Shown: piece after piece, positions 1-9,497 of the stretch
Layout: each line of letters starts with the position of its first letter
Position numbering within the stretch: position 1 is the stretch's first letter
Assembly (NCBI GenBank): GCA_963422755.1
Contig: OY730488.1
Strand: one strand, 5' to 3'
DNA length: 64,000 nt
Source: Dehalococcoidia bacterium
GTDB lineage: Bacteria > Chloroflexota > Dehalococcoidia > Bin125
The notes under the pieces: generated by a model
What the model was told of the DNA's origin: nothing
Databases searched by the model: none
Seen by the model: the letters and a program-made list of their open reading frames with translations, nothing else
Position numbers and translations under genes: made by a program

Positions 1-787
1 CTTCGGGTGAGGTAATCCAGGAGAAGGGGCGCAGGATGGTGCCACCAAGGTATGTCGAGTCCGGACCGTCGGTTTTGGCAATGAAGGTGGCATCGTCCGG
101 CGTATCCATCGAAGCGGTTTTCTTGAAGGCGTCCTGCCCGCGGAAGCGAGCGTCTGGGTTGCCTTCCGCATCGAGCGCGGCCATCTGGCGATCGAAGTTG
201 AGCTTGATGTCGCTGGCTGTGACCTCGCGGCCACCCTCGGTCGGGTATCGGTCCCAGAAACGAGCGCCGCGATCGACGTTGAAGATGTAGGTCTCGGCGT
301 CCGGCGTCTCGGGCAAGGAGGTGATGTCCTCCTCCATGATCCCGTTTTCTTTCGAAGCCCAACGGATCATGTAGTTCATGTAGAACCCCATCCAGTACTG
401 GGTGGGGCCGAAGACGCCGCGGTGCGGGTCGAAGAAGTCGTGGGTGGCCGCTGGTGTGGAGAAGCGCAGCGTGCCGCCGTACCTGTTCACGCTGACTTGT
501 TGCGGCTGTTGCTGCTGCTGTTCTTCTTGCTGCTCGGCCTGCTGTTCTGCCTGCTGTTCTGCCTGCTGCTCGGCTTGCTGCGGCTGTTGCTGCTGCTGTA
601 GAGCCTGCTGCTGTTGTTGCGGCTGCTGAGCCGTCTGCGCGGCTGACTGGCTGTCGTCGTCATCGTCGCCGCAGCCGACCAGCGCCAGACCCGCCGCGCC
701 GACGCCGGCGCGCCCAGACGCCCGCAAGAGTGCGCGTCGGCTCATGCGGCCGCGCCGCATCCGCTGCCAATAGTTGGATTCGCTCAT
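1..787 (-). CDS. ABC transporter substrate-binding protein, family 5 (Tat lipoprotein); truncated by window edge
   Basis: Reverse strand from ATG 787 reads MSESNYWQRMRRGRMSRRALLRASGRAGVGAAGLALVGCGDDDD, then a Q-rich linker and LRFSTPAATHDFFDPHRGVFGPTQYW; paralogue of 3860-5791. Absent from the ORF track because the frame runs off the edge. Confidence 0.9.
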   Translation of the reverse strand, partial: MSESNYWQRMRRGRMSRRALLRASGRAGVGAAGLALVGCGDDDDDSQSAAQTAQQPQQQQQALQQQQQPQQAEQQAEQQAEQQAEQQEEQQQQQPQQVSVNRYGGTLRFSTPAATHDFFDPHRGVFGPTQYWMGFYMNYMIRWASKENGIMEEDITSLPETPDAETYIFNVDRGARFWDRYPTEGGREVTASDIKLNFDRQMAALDAEGNPDARFRGQDAFKKTASMDTPDDATFIAKTDGPDSTYLGGTILRPFSWITSPE

Positions 788-886
788 GAGGTTCGCTCCT
801 TCTCAGCCGTTGGGCCAATGTTGGGGCAGGCTAGCACGGTTGATGCGTCTTCGCTCAGCCGCCAAAAGCAGCGCGCATGTGCGGCC

Positions 887-2128
887 TCAGCGGCTGCCGC
901 GCAGGCGGGGGTCGAAGACGTCTCGGAGGGCGTCGCCGAGCACGTTGAAGCCGAAGACCAGGCTGGTCAGCGCCAGGCCGGCGAAGAGCGAGGTCCAGGG
1001 ACTCTGCACGATGAACTGACGACCGTCGGCGATCATCTTGCCCCAGGAGACGTCGAGCGTGCCCAAACCGAGGAAGCTGAGCGCCGCCTCGGCGAGGATG
1101 AACGCGCCGATCGTGATCGAGAAGATGACAATCAGCGGCGCGACGATGTTGGGCAGGATGTGGACCAGCATGATACGCGCGTTGGTCGCGCCGAGCGTGC
1201 GCGCTGCCTCGACGAACGGCATTTCGCGCAGAGCGAGCACCGCGCCGCGCACGATCCGTTGGTCGGGCGCGATCGCGAGCACCGAGAGTGCGAGCGTCAC
1301 CCAGAGAGCGGACGGTTCCGTGACCGAGCGCAGCAGCAGCAGCAGGACGATCGGTGGGAACGCGAGCAGCGCGTCCATCAGGCGGCTGATTACGAGGTCG
1401 ATGTTGCCACCTAGCCCGCCAGCGATCAGCCCCAGGACGGTCCCCGCGACGACGCCGATCAAGGTGGCGAAGAATCCAATGTAGAGCGAAAGCCGCGCCG
1501 CCTCGGTGACGCGTGAGAACAGGTCGTGGCCGGCGCGGTCGGTACCAAACCAGTGCTGCCCCGAGGGTCCCTGCAGCGATGCTGTAGTCAACGGCGTGTT
1601 GGTGCCGGTCGCGAGCAGGTCGTCAACGTCCGTAATTTTGCCGTTGGCGATCTCGATCTGTGCCGGATCGATCGTCTCGGACAGGTGAGTGAGCACTGTG
1701 CCGCTGTCGATCAGCCCTTCGACATAGATGAGCATGTCGTCGAGCACGCCTGAGTCCCTGGCCAGGTCGCCATAGACGTCGGGGTCCAGCAGCAGCGCGC
1801 GCAGCTCGGCGTCGGAGATGTCGGCATCCTGGCCGTCCAGCGCGTTGGCCATCTTGTCGTCGGCAAAGCTGGCGCTCGCCACCTTGAAGATGGCCTGGGA
1901 GTCGTAGCGTCCGATGCCCAGCCAGCCGCCGCCCGGTCCGACGGTACCGACTGCGATGACCGACCAGATGATCACCAGCGTCAGTCCGGCGGCGCCGAGC
2001 GGCTTGGTGCGGAAGAAGCGCAGCAGCGCGCCGCCGAGCAGCGCCAACGTGCTGCGCTCTTCGATCCGCAGCGCCTGTGCCTGCGCGAACTCTTCCAGCT
2101 CGGTCGTCGATCGTGGATCTTCGCTCAT
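887..2128 (-). CDS. Peptide/nickel ABC transporter permease (DppC/OppC-like) with ~100-aa acidic insertion
   Basis: HWFGTDRAGHDLFSR, EAA loop FVEAARTLGA, HILPN, C-terminal GDALRDVFDPRLR. Confidence 0.92.
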   Translation of the reverse strand: MSEDPRSTTELEEFAQAQALRIEERSTLALLGGALLRFFRTKPLGAAGLTLVIIWSVIAVGTVGPGGGWLGIGRYDSQAIFKVASASFADDKMANALDGQDADISDAELRALLLDPDVYGDLARDSGVLDDMLIYVEGLIDSGTVLTHLSETIDPAQIEIANGKITDVDDLLATGTNTPLTTASLQGPSGQHWFGTDRAGHDLFSRVTEAARLSLYIGFFATLIGVVAGTVLGLIAGGLGGNIDLVISRLMDALLAFPPIVLLLLLRSVTEPSALWVTLALSVLAIAPDQRIVRGAVLALREMPFVEAARTLGATNARIMLVHILPNIVAPLIVIFSITIGAFILAEAALSFLGLGTLDVSWGKMIADGRQFIVQSPWTSLFAGLALTSLVFGFNVLGDALRDVFDPRLRGSR

Positions 2129-2180
2129 GCTGAATCTCCTGACGGACCCTTCCGCTTCACTCAGCTGCGCTCAGACGCGA

Positions 2181-3806
2181 CTAGGTAAACCGGATGCGCG
2201 GATCAATGATCGCGTACATGATGTCGATCAGGATGTTGACGATGATGATGAACAGCGCGAAGAAGAAGACCATCGTCTGCACAACCGGCAAGTCAACCTG
2301 GTTGATCCGCTGGATCAGTAGCAGGCCGATGCCAGGTATGTTGAACAGTGATTCGAGGATGATGTTGCCGCCGACGAGCGCGGCGATCTGCAGACCGAGC
2401 ACGGTCATCACGTTGACCAACGCGTTGCGCATAGCGTGACGGCGGATCACGGTACGCTCGCGCAACCCTTTCGACCAGGCAGTGCGCACGTAATCCTGGC
2501 GCAGCACCTCGAGCAGCTCCGAACGTGTGATGCGCATCAGCCCTGCTCCGGCCGCGATGCCGCCGGCGACTGCTGGAATTGTATACAGCGCTAGCGCGCC
2601 GCTGAACGACGTGAAGACTGAGCGGGCGTCTTCGGAGGTCAGGGGGATTGAAAAGATGCCACTCTCCGAGACACCGCCGGGGGTGACGACGAAGATCATC
2701 ATCGTCGCGATCCAGAAAGAGGGGGCGGCCAGCGCGAGGATGGCGAAGCCGCGCAGGCCGTAGTCGAGCGGTCGGTCCTGACGCATGGCAGAGAGCACGC
2801 CGACCGGCAACGCCACGGTCAGAGCCACGATCAGCGAATAGATATTGAGGTGCAGCGAGCGCGGTAGCGCCCGCAGGAATACATCAATTGAGTCCTCATT
2901 CGTCTGGAACGATTTACGGAATTTGAGTCGCACGGTCTCCCAGAGGAAATCGATGTACTGCGTACCAAGCGATTTGTCGATACCCAGACGATGGCGGATA
3001 TTGGCCTCAGTGATCTTGGTCGTTGGCGTGACGACCTTGTCCGAGGGGATGTAGATCGCTTGACCTGGTTCGAGTGGCTCATCTGGATCTGTCCCGCGGT
3101 TTTCGGCAGTCATCGCTTCAACATCATGGCCGAACGCCGCGCCGATTCCGGTGAGCGTGTCGCCCTCCTCGGCGATCACCACCGCTGTCGGCTGTAGTTG
3201 CGTTTCGGCGGACAACGTTCCGTCAGGATTGCCGGCGCTACCAGTCGGATTGACCGCCAGAATATCGACGGCCTCGATTCGACTGACGTGGGCCAACTCT
3301 TCGACGGTCACTGAGTGGCGAATGATCAGCGTGGATTCCGCTTTGGCATACGGTTCCCCCTGATGTACGGGAAAGTCTATGTCGGGGTTGCGATCGATCA
3401 GGAGTTGTACTCCGAGATCGGCTTCCTCGGGCAACGCCACCTTTTCGGCGATGACGATCGCCCGTAGCAGCTGACCTGGAATGATCGTGATCCGAGCGCC
3501 GGGGGGCAGCTCGCCGGATGTGTCGAGGTCTGGGTTCAGCGCAAGCAAGTCTGAGACGCTGGTACCGTTTTTTGCGGCGATCGACTCCAGGGTGTCGCCA
3601 GTGATGACCCGATGCGCAGTCTTTTCAACCTCGATATAGCCGACAATCTCCGACTCGCGCTGCTCGGCTCCTTGATTCTCAAGGTTGGCGATCTTGCGGG
3701 TCACGAAGTCGCCGGGCAGCGCACGCAAGGCGAGGAACAGAAGAGAAACCACCAACCACAGCGTTGGGATGATCAGGATGAGACGTCGAATGAGATATCG
3801 TTGCAT
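2181..3806 (-). CDS. Peptide/nickel ABC transporter permease (DppB/OppB-like) with inserted LysM domains
   Basis: N-term MQRYLIRRLILIIPTL...LPGD; C-term DYVRTAWSKGL, RHAMRNAL, IDPRIR; internal GDTLESIAAKNGTSVSDLLALNP and GDTLTGIGAAFG...LEPGQAIYIP. Confidence 0.9.
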   Translation of the reverse strand: MQRYLIRRLILIIPTLWLVVSLLFLALRALPGDFVTRKIANLENQGAEQRESEIVGYIEVEKTAHRVITGDTLESIAAKNGTSVSDLLALNPDLDTSGELPPGARITIIPGQLLRAIVIAEKVALPEEADLGVQLLIDRNPDIDFPVHQGEPYAKAESTLIIRHSVTVEELAHVSRIEAVDILAVNPTGSAGNPDGTLSAETQLQPTAVVIAEEGDTLTGIGAAFGHDVEAMTAENRGTDPDEPLEPGQAIYIPSDKVVTPTTKITEANIRHRLGIDKSLGTQYIDFLWETVRLKFRKSFQTNEDSIDVFLRALPRSLHLNIYSLIVALTVALPVGVLSAMRQDRPLDYGLRGFAILALAAPSFWIATMMIFVVTPGGVSESGIFSIPLTSEDARSVFTSFSGALALYTIPAVAGGIAAGAGLMRITRSELLEVLRQDYVRTAWSKGLRERTVIRRHAMRNALVNVMTVLGLQIAALVGGNIILESLFNIPGIGLLLIQRINQVDLPVVQTMVFFFALFIIIVNILIDIMYAIIDPRIRFT

Positions 3807-3859
3807 CGCTACTCCTCGCAGTTAGTCCTGTGCGCCTTGTAGCCCTGTACGCCTTGAAC

Positions 3860-5791
3860 TCAGGCCGGATACTCTGGGTGTGACGTGTCGACCCATGCAT
3901 CGTCATAGCGATGCGAGGCGTGAGCAAACTGCAAGGTATCGGACGGGCGCTCGACAAACGGCCACCAGACGGCAGGTGATATCCCGTTCATCACGCCGGG
4001 ACTGTTGGCGATGCCATCTAGTCCATAGTCTGGGTGCGTGCCAAGCAGTAGGCGTTGCGCCTCGTGCGCGAGCTCTTGGCGGCCTTCCAGGTCGAGCGTG
4101 ACCTGCATCGTTTGTGCGATTTCTGTCATGCGCGGGTGATCATAGTACAGATTGTTAGTGCTACCACCAGGTACATAGTTGTTGTTGTAGGACGTGGTCG
4201 GGTCAAGGTCCGACGGTGGGTTGGTCCACTGTGGTCCTTGGCCAGGATACGTGCCTTCGATCCATCGCTGCAAGATGGCCGTGTACGGTTGGACGTCAAA
4301 CGTAACGTCGAGGTCGAGTGCCTCGCGGTACATGCTAACCTCGGCCTCGAGAATGCCAGGGTAGGTACCTTCCCAGATGTCTGGAGCGATCAAGGTGAGC
4401 CCACGGCTGCGATCATAACCAGTGGCTTCGAAGAGCGCTCGCGCCTCTTCGATGTCCGTGCCTCGATCCGGACGGAAGCCTGGGGTTTGCAGCAGTTCAT
4501 CTTCGGGAATTGCCCAAAAGCCGTTGTACCAGGGTGTTTCGCCCATACCAGATGGTTTACCGGAACCCAGATACACTGCGTCGACCATGAGGTTACGGTC
4601 TACCGCTACATGCAACGCTTGAGCAAAGCGACGGTCTAGCCAAGGATTGCCTTCACCGTCTTCGCCCGGCCAGTCAGGATTGTAGTTGGCGCCCCCAGTG
4701 ATGATCGTGAACCCGAACGCGATCTGACCGGACCCGTGATCAGGGAAGTCATTCAGAATCGATTCACCTTGGACCGACGAGAGCGGGAAGCCGCCAACGA
4801 ATATCTCTTTGCCTCTATAAGCAGCTTCGACCGCGGTCGGGTCGGTTAGGTTGGCTAGTGTGACAGTATCATAGTATGGCAGGGGTTGGCCATCCACGCC
4901 CATCTTCCAATAATTATCATTACGAATCATATTGACGCCAAGGTCAGGATCAAAGCTTTGCGGAATGAACATACCGGTGCCAGAGGAGAATTCGACGTTA
5001 GTCGGTTCGTCGCGCCAGCGGTCGCCAAACTCGCCGATCGCCTCCGGGCTGGTAATCCAGCTAAATGGCCGTAGCGGAACGCCAAGCCAAGTCGCGTCAG
5101 GGCCATCTGTCTTAGCGACAAACGTTGTTTCGTCGGGCACATCTATTGATGAGGTCTTCTGAAACGAGGATGCGCCGAGGAATGTGCCGTCATCGGCACC
5201 AGTAGCGTCGACTGCGTCGATCTGACGCTGGAAATTAGCGCGGATATCTTCTGCGGTTACGAGCCGGCCACCTTCTGTCGGATACTGATCCCAGTAGCGA
5301 GCGCCTTGGTCAACCTGGAAAATATATGTTTCGCTGTCAGGAATTTCCGGTAGCGAAGCAATGTCGGCTTCCTGGATGCCTTGTTCTTTGTTCCGCCAAC
5401 GGATGAGGTAGTTCATGTAGAACCCCATCCAGAACTGGGTGGGGCCAAACACGCCACGGTGTGGGTCAAAATAGTCATGCGTCGCGGCTGGCGTCGAGAA
5501 TCGCAGCTCACCGCCACGTTTGACCTGGCTGACCGCTGCCTGCTGCTGCTCGACGTCGGTGACCGCTTGTTCCTGTTGGTCGACCTGCTGCGCCTGCTGC
5601 TCGGCGACCTGTTGTGCAGCCTGCTGTTGTGCAGCCTGCGCAGCGGACTGCTGACCGTCGTCATCGTCGTCGCCGCAGCCGACCAGCGCCAGGCCGGCCG
5701 CGCCGACCCCTGCGCGTCCCGACGCGCGTAGCAGCGCTCGCCGACTCATCCGATTGCGCCGCATCCGCTGCCAGTAGTTTCGCTCTGCCAT
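3860..5791 (-). CDS. ABC transporter substrate-binding protein, family 5 (Tat lipoprotein)
   Basis: Twin-Arg SRRALL, lipobox LVGC, Q-rich linker, SGTGMF, RNDNYW; start set at MAERNYW by paralogy. Confidence 0.9.
   Translation of the reverse strand: MAERNYWQRMRRNRMSRRALLRASGRAGVGAAGLALVGCGDDDDDGQQSAAQAAQQQAAQQVAEQQAQQVDQQEQAVTDVEQQQAAVSQVKRGGELRFSTPAATHDYFDPHRGVFGPTQFWMGFYMNYLIRWRNKEQGIQEADIASLPEIPDSETYIFQVDQGARYWDQYPTEGGRLVTAEDIRANFQRQIDAVDATGADDGTFLGASSFQKTSSIDVPDETTFVAKTDGPDATWLGVPLRPFSWITSPEAIGEFGDRWRDEPTNVEFSSGTGMFIPQSFDPDLGVNMIRNDNYWKMGVDGQPLPYYDTVTLANLTDPTAVEAAYRGKEIFVGGFPLSSVQGESILNDFPDHGSGQIAFGFTIITGGANYNPDWPGEDGEGNPWLDRRFAQALHVAVDRNLMVDAVYLGSGKPSGMGETPWYNGFWAIPEDELLQTPGFRPDRGTDIEEARALFEATGYDRSRGLTLIAPDIWEGTYPGILEAEVSMYREALDLDVTFDVQPYTAILQRWIEGTYPGQGPQWTNPPSDLDPTTSYNNNYVPGGSTNNLYYDHPRMTEIAQTMQVTLDLEGRQELAHEAQRLLLGTHPDYGLDGIANSPGVMNGISPAVWWPFVERPSDTLQFAHASHRYDDAWVDTSHPEYPA
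5657..5791. repeat. 135-bp direct repeat, identical to 7688-7822 (SBP signal-peptide segment)
   Basis: Base-by-base reading shows no mismatch; diverged copies near 650-787 and 43640-43773. Confidence 0.85.
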
Positions 5792-5893
5792 CTCTGACTC
5801 TTTTCTGGTTTGCGAAAGTCTAGGCATATTGATACAGAACGCAGTCCAGCGGCAGTATGAGCTGGCGATACGCTACCAGCAAGGTATAGCGAC

Positions 5894-7822
5894 TTACGCT
5901 GGGAACTCCTCGTGGGTGCTGTCGAGCCACATGTCCTCGACAACCTTGTGGCCGTTGTGTGCGAACTGGTAGCCGTCGGGCTGCACGTGGTAGTACGGCC
6001 AGGAGGCTTCGTTCGAGACCGGGTTCATCACACCCAGGCCTGGCGAGAGCGATTCCCAGCCCCAGTCAGGATGGATGCCCAACTGCAGCTGCACCATCTC
6101 CCGCGCCAGCTCGCCCTTGGCTTCCATGTCGAGCGTGATCTTCATCTCTTCGGCGATCTCGGTCACGCGCGGGTTCTCGTAGCTGTAGAAGTTGGCCGAC
6201 CCGCCCGGTACGCGTCCGTTGAGCCAGTAGCTCGTTGGGTCGAGGTCGGAGGGCGGGTTGGTCCAGCACGGGATCTGACCGGTCGAGGTGCCGTCGACGA
6301 GCCGCTGGAGCAGCACGGTGTACGGGTCGATGCTGATCTCGATGCCGACGCCCAGAGCCGATTCGTACATGTTCTTCGCCGTCTCGACGATGCCGGGGTA
6401 GCGCTGCTCCCAGACGTCGGGCGCGAAGAGGTAGATCGAGCGGTCGCTGTCGCGGAAGCCGCTGGCGTCCATCAGTTCGTTCGCCTCCTGCAGATCGACG
6501 TCGCGATCGGCACGGAAGCCGGGAATATCGGTGATCGCCTCCTGGTTCGGTGACCAGAAGGTCGAGAACCAGGGGATCTCCTCCAGCACCGAGGGCTTGG
6601 CGGAGCCAAGATAGACCGTGTCGACCATCAGGTAGCGGTCAGTGGCGAGATGGAAGGCCGCCGCCACGCGCCGATCTGTCCAGGGGTTGCCTTCACCGTC
6701 TTCGCCGGGCCAGTCCGGGTTGTAGTTGGTGCGGATCATGATCGTGAAGCCGCCGCCGACGGTGTTGCGCTGCATCTGGGGGAAGTCGTTGAGCAACGAT
6801 TCGACGCGACTGATGTTGAGCCAGGCGCCATCCAACTCCTTCGACCGCACGGCCGCCTCGATCGCCGTCTCCTCGAACAGGTTGTAGTACTCGAAGCGGT
6901 CGATGTAGGGCAGCTGCCGCCCCCACTCATCGTCCTTCCAATAGTCCGGGTTGCGTTTGGCGATGAACGCCTCGGTGGGCTCGAAGCTTTCGGCGATGAA
7001 TGGACCGGAGCCGGCGACGCGCAGCGTCACCGGATCATCGCGCCAGACATCCGACTCCGTGCCCCACTCACGGATGCCTTCGGGCGACGCCATCCAGCCG
7101 AACGGGCGCAGGAACGTGGCCGACAGATAGGTCGAATCGATCCCATCCGAGGTCGTGCGCAGGGTACCGTCGTCGACCGCCTCGACGGACGCGATCTTGC
7201 GCCAGCTGGAGAGACCGAGGAAGGATCCGTCTTCGGCCCCGGTCGAGTCGACGCCGGCGGTGTTGCGGTCGACGTTGACGACGATGTCTTCCGCGGTGAT
7301 CTGGCGTCCACCCTCGGTCGGATAGGCGTCGTGCCAGCGCGCCCGCGGGTTGATATTGAAGATGTAGGTTGTCTCGTCGGGGTTTTCGGGCAAGGCGGCG
7401 ATATCCGCCTCCATCACCGACTGTTCCTTGTTCTTCCAGCGGATCAGGTTGCTGTAGAGCATCGAGTGCATGAACTGGGTCGGGCCAAAGACGCCGCGGT
7501 GCGGATCCCAGTAGTCGTGCGTCTCGATCGTCGAGGCGCGGCGCACGACGCCGCCGTATTGCGGAGCGCTCGCGGGCGGACCAGCCTGCACTTGCTGTTG
7601 CTGGTCGTCCGCCTCGGCGACGGCTTGCTGCGCTTCCTGGTCGGCCGCCTGTTGCTGTTGCGCTACCTGCGCGGCCGACTGCTGACTGTCGTCATCGTCG
7701 TCGCCGCAGCCGACCAGCGCCAGGCCGGCCGCGCCGACCCCTGCGCGTCCCGACGCGCGTAGCAGCGCTCGCCGACTCATCCGATTGCGCCGCATCCGCT
7801 GCCAGTAGTTTCGCTCTGCCAT
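5894..7822 (-). CDS. ABC transporter substrate-binding protein, family 5 (Tat lipoprotein)
   Basis: Same Tat/lipobox N-terminus; GSGPF, KRNPDYW, LPYID motifs. Confidence 0.9.
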   Translation of the reverse strand: MAERNYWQRMRRNRMSRRALLRASGRAGVGAAGLALVGCGDDDDDSQQSAAQVAQQQQAADQEAQQAVAEADDQQQQVQAGPPASAPQYGGVVRRASTIETHDYWDPHRGVFGPTQFMHSMLYSNLIRWKNKEQSVMEADIAALPENPDETTYIFNINPRARWHDAYPTEGGRQITAEDIVVNVDRNTAGVDSTGAEDGSFLGLSSWRKIASVEAVDDGTLRTTSDGIDSTYLSATFLRPFGWMASPEGIREWGTESDVWRDDPVTLRVAGSGPFIAESFEPTEAFIAKRNPDYWKDDEWGRQLPYIDRFEYYNLFEETAIEAAVRSKELDGAWLNISRVESLLNDFPQMQRNTVGGGFTIMIRTNYNPDWPGEDGEGNPWTDRRVAAAFHLATDRYLMVDTVYLGSAKPSVLEEIPWFSTFWSPNQEAITDIPGFRADRDVDLQEANELMDASGFRDSDRSIYLFAPDVWEQRYPGIVETAKNMYESALGVGIEISIDPYTVLLQRLVDGTSTGQIPCWTNPPSDLDPTSYWLNGRVPGGSANFYSYENPRVTEIAEEMKITLDMEAKGELAREMVQLQLGIHPDWGWESLSPGLGVMNPVSNEASWPYYHVQPDGYQFAHNGHKVVEDMWLDSTHEEFPA

Positions 7823-8043
7823 GGCGTTCCTCCAGGAGTCCGTTCAGTCAATCGCTCTCCCAAAGCGATTAGCGAAGTGTAATCGACACAACTCGCCTTG
7901 CGCCAACTACCTGGCATAGATTTCTCGAAATCTCTTCGGAGTTGCGAACTATTTCTGGGGCTGTGCGGATGGCTCGACCTATGCGCCGAGTGATGCCAAG
8001 CATGCCGAACCAGGTAACCTCTGGATTTGAGTATCCTGTAGCC

Positions 8044-8871
8044 ATGACCACCACACCATCCAATCCGCCCGACGACCCAGAGGCGCCGCTCACCCAGCTG
8101 CGGCAGCAGGTGCTGGACGGTTGGCAGCAGGGCGCGGATTTCTTCGACGAGCGCTGGGGAGACCAGGGTGATGAGTTTCACCACGATGTGTTTGCACCGG
8201 CGGCGGAACGCATGCTTGGTCTGGAACGCAGCGCGCGGGTGCTGGAGCTCGCCTGCGGAAACGGCGCATTCGCCCGCCGACTCGGACGTCAGGGCATGCA
8301 GGTGCTGGCCACCGACCTCTCGCCCGCGCTCATCGCCCACGCTGAACGCCGCACGGAGACGATCGCGGACCAGCCCGTCGATGTCCGCTACCAGGTCGTC
8401 GATGTGACCGTCGAGCGGGAGATTATCAACTGTGGCGGACCGTTCGATGCAGCGGTCTGCATCATGGGCGTGATGTCGATGCCCTTGCTGCGGTCGATGT
8501 TCGGCGGCGTCTGGCGGGTGCTGAAGCCGCGCGGCATCTTCGTCGTCGTCACGCTGCACCCCGCCTTCGCGACGTCGGGCTACAAGTTCGCTAAATCTGA
8601 ATCTGAGCAAAAGCCGCACGGGCTGACGATCGAGCGCTATCTCTCGCGCTACGTCACGCACGGCGTGACGAACACCGCGCAGCAGGAGCGGCAACTGTAC
8701 TTCCACCGGCCGCTCAGTGAACTGCTGGGCGACGCATTCGCCTCGGGCCTCGTGCTCGATGGGATGGAAGAGCTAGCGGCGCCCGAACAAGCGGGCGATG
8801 AAGCGAAGCTGATCTGGAACATGCTGCCCGACATCCCGATGGCGGTCACGTTACGCTTCCGCCGACCCTGA
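8044..8871 (+). CDS. Class I SAM-dependent methyltransferase
   Basis: VLELACGNG, TDLS, FDAAV, RVLKPRG, FHRPLS; ATG 8044 lies 6 nt after TATCCT. Confidence 0.88.
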   Translation: MTTTPSNPPDDPEAPLTQLRQQVLDGWQQGADFFDERWGDQGDEFHHDVFAPAAERMLGLERSARVLELACGNGAFARRLGRQGMQVLATDLSPALIAHAERRTETIADQPVDVRYQVVDVTVEREIINCGGPFDAAVCIMGVMSMPLLRSMFGGVWRVLKPRGIFVVVTLHPAFATSGYKFAKSESEQKPHGLTIERYLSRYVTHGVTNTAQQERQLYFHRPLSELLGDAFASGLVLDGMEELAAPEQAGDEAKLIWNMLPDIPMAVTLRFRRP

Positions 8872-8927
8872 CTGCCGCCAACCTAACGCGCACCGAATGC
8901 GAGACTGCGTGTGAACGGGGTAGATGC

Positions 8928-9410
8928 ATGTTTGTCGTTGCGCTCGGCGAAATCCTGGTTCTGGTCCTGCTCCGGCCGCTGCGGTTTGTGACGGGCGGCG
9001 AGCGCACGCCGATCGGTCGCGCGCTGCTGCGCTTCGAGGGTTGGCTGCTGCGGCAGCTGCACGTGATGGGCGCTGAGGCGCGCATGCGCTATGAGCTGGA
9101 GCAACATGGGAACGCCGCCGCCACGCTCGCTGAAGGATTGAGCGCCAATATCTCGACACTGCCCTCGACCAGCGACACGATCGAGCGCGCTCGGCGCGAG
9201 TCGGGCGCCAACCATGACGATGCGCTGAGCGCGGAGGCGCGCGTCGCAGAGCGAACGCTGAGGCGTGGCCAACGCCGCGTGGACTCTGGTAGCGGCGATC
9301 GCTCTACAGACATCCACCAGGCCATGCTGGAAGCGCAGCGGCGCCAGCAGCAGCAGACGCAGCAACGCCAGACCAGACGCGCCCGCCGCCATTCGTCGCG
9401 GCGATCTTGA
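8928..9410 (+). CDS. Hypothetical protein, hydrophobic N-terminus and Q/R-rich tail
   Basis: 160-aa ORF filling the gap; no recognised motif. Confidence 0.5.
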   Translation: MFVVALGEILVLVLLRPLRFVTGGERTPIGRALLRFEGWLLRQLHVMGAEARMRYELEQHGNAAATLAEGLSANISTLPSTSDTIERARRESGANHDDALSAEARVAERTLRRGQRRVDSGSGDRSTDIHQAMLEAQRRQQQQTQQRQTRRARRHSSRRS

Positions 9411-9497
9411 GGTTCAGTTCCACGGACGGCTCAGCCAGCTGCGTGCGCCTCTGGCTACTCTGGAGACGCTGCGACTAGGGGCATGGGCGGGGCCGCT

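Noticed and set aside
402-629. Cys-rich 75-aa ORF resembling a metallothionein
   Set aside because: Antisense shadow of the CAG-rich Gln linker of the minus-strand SBP gene.
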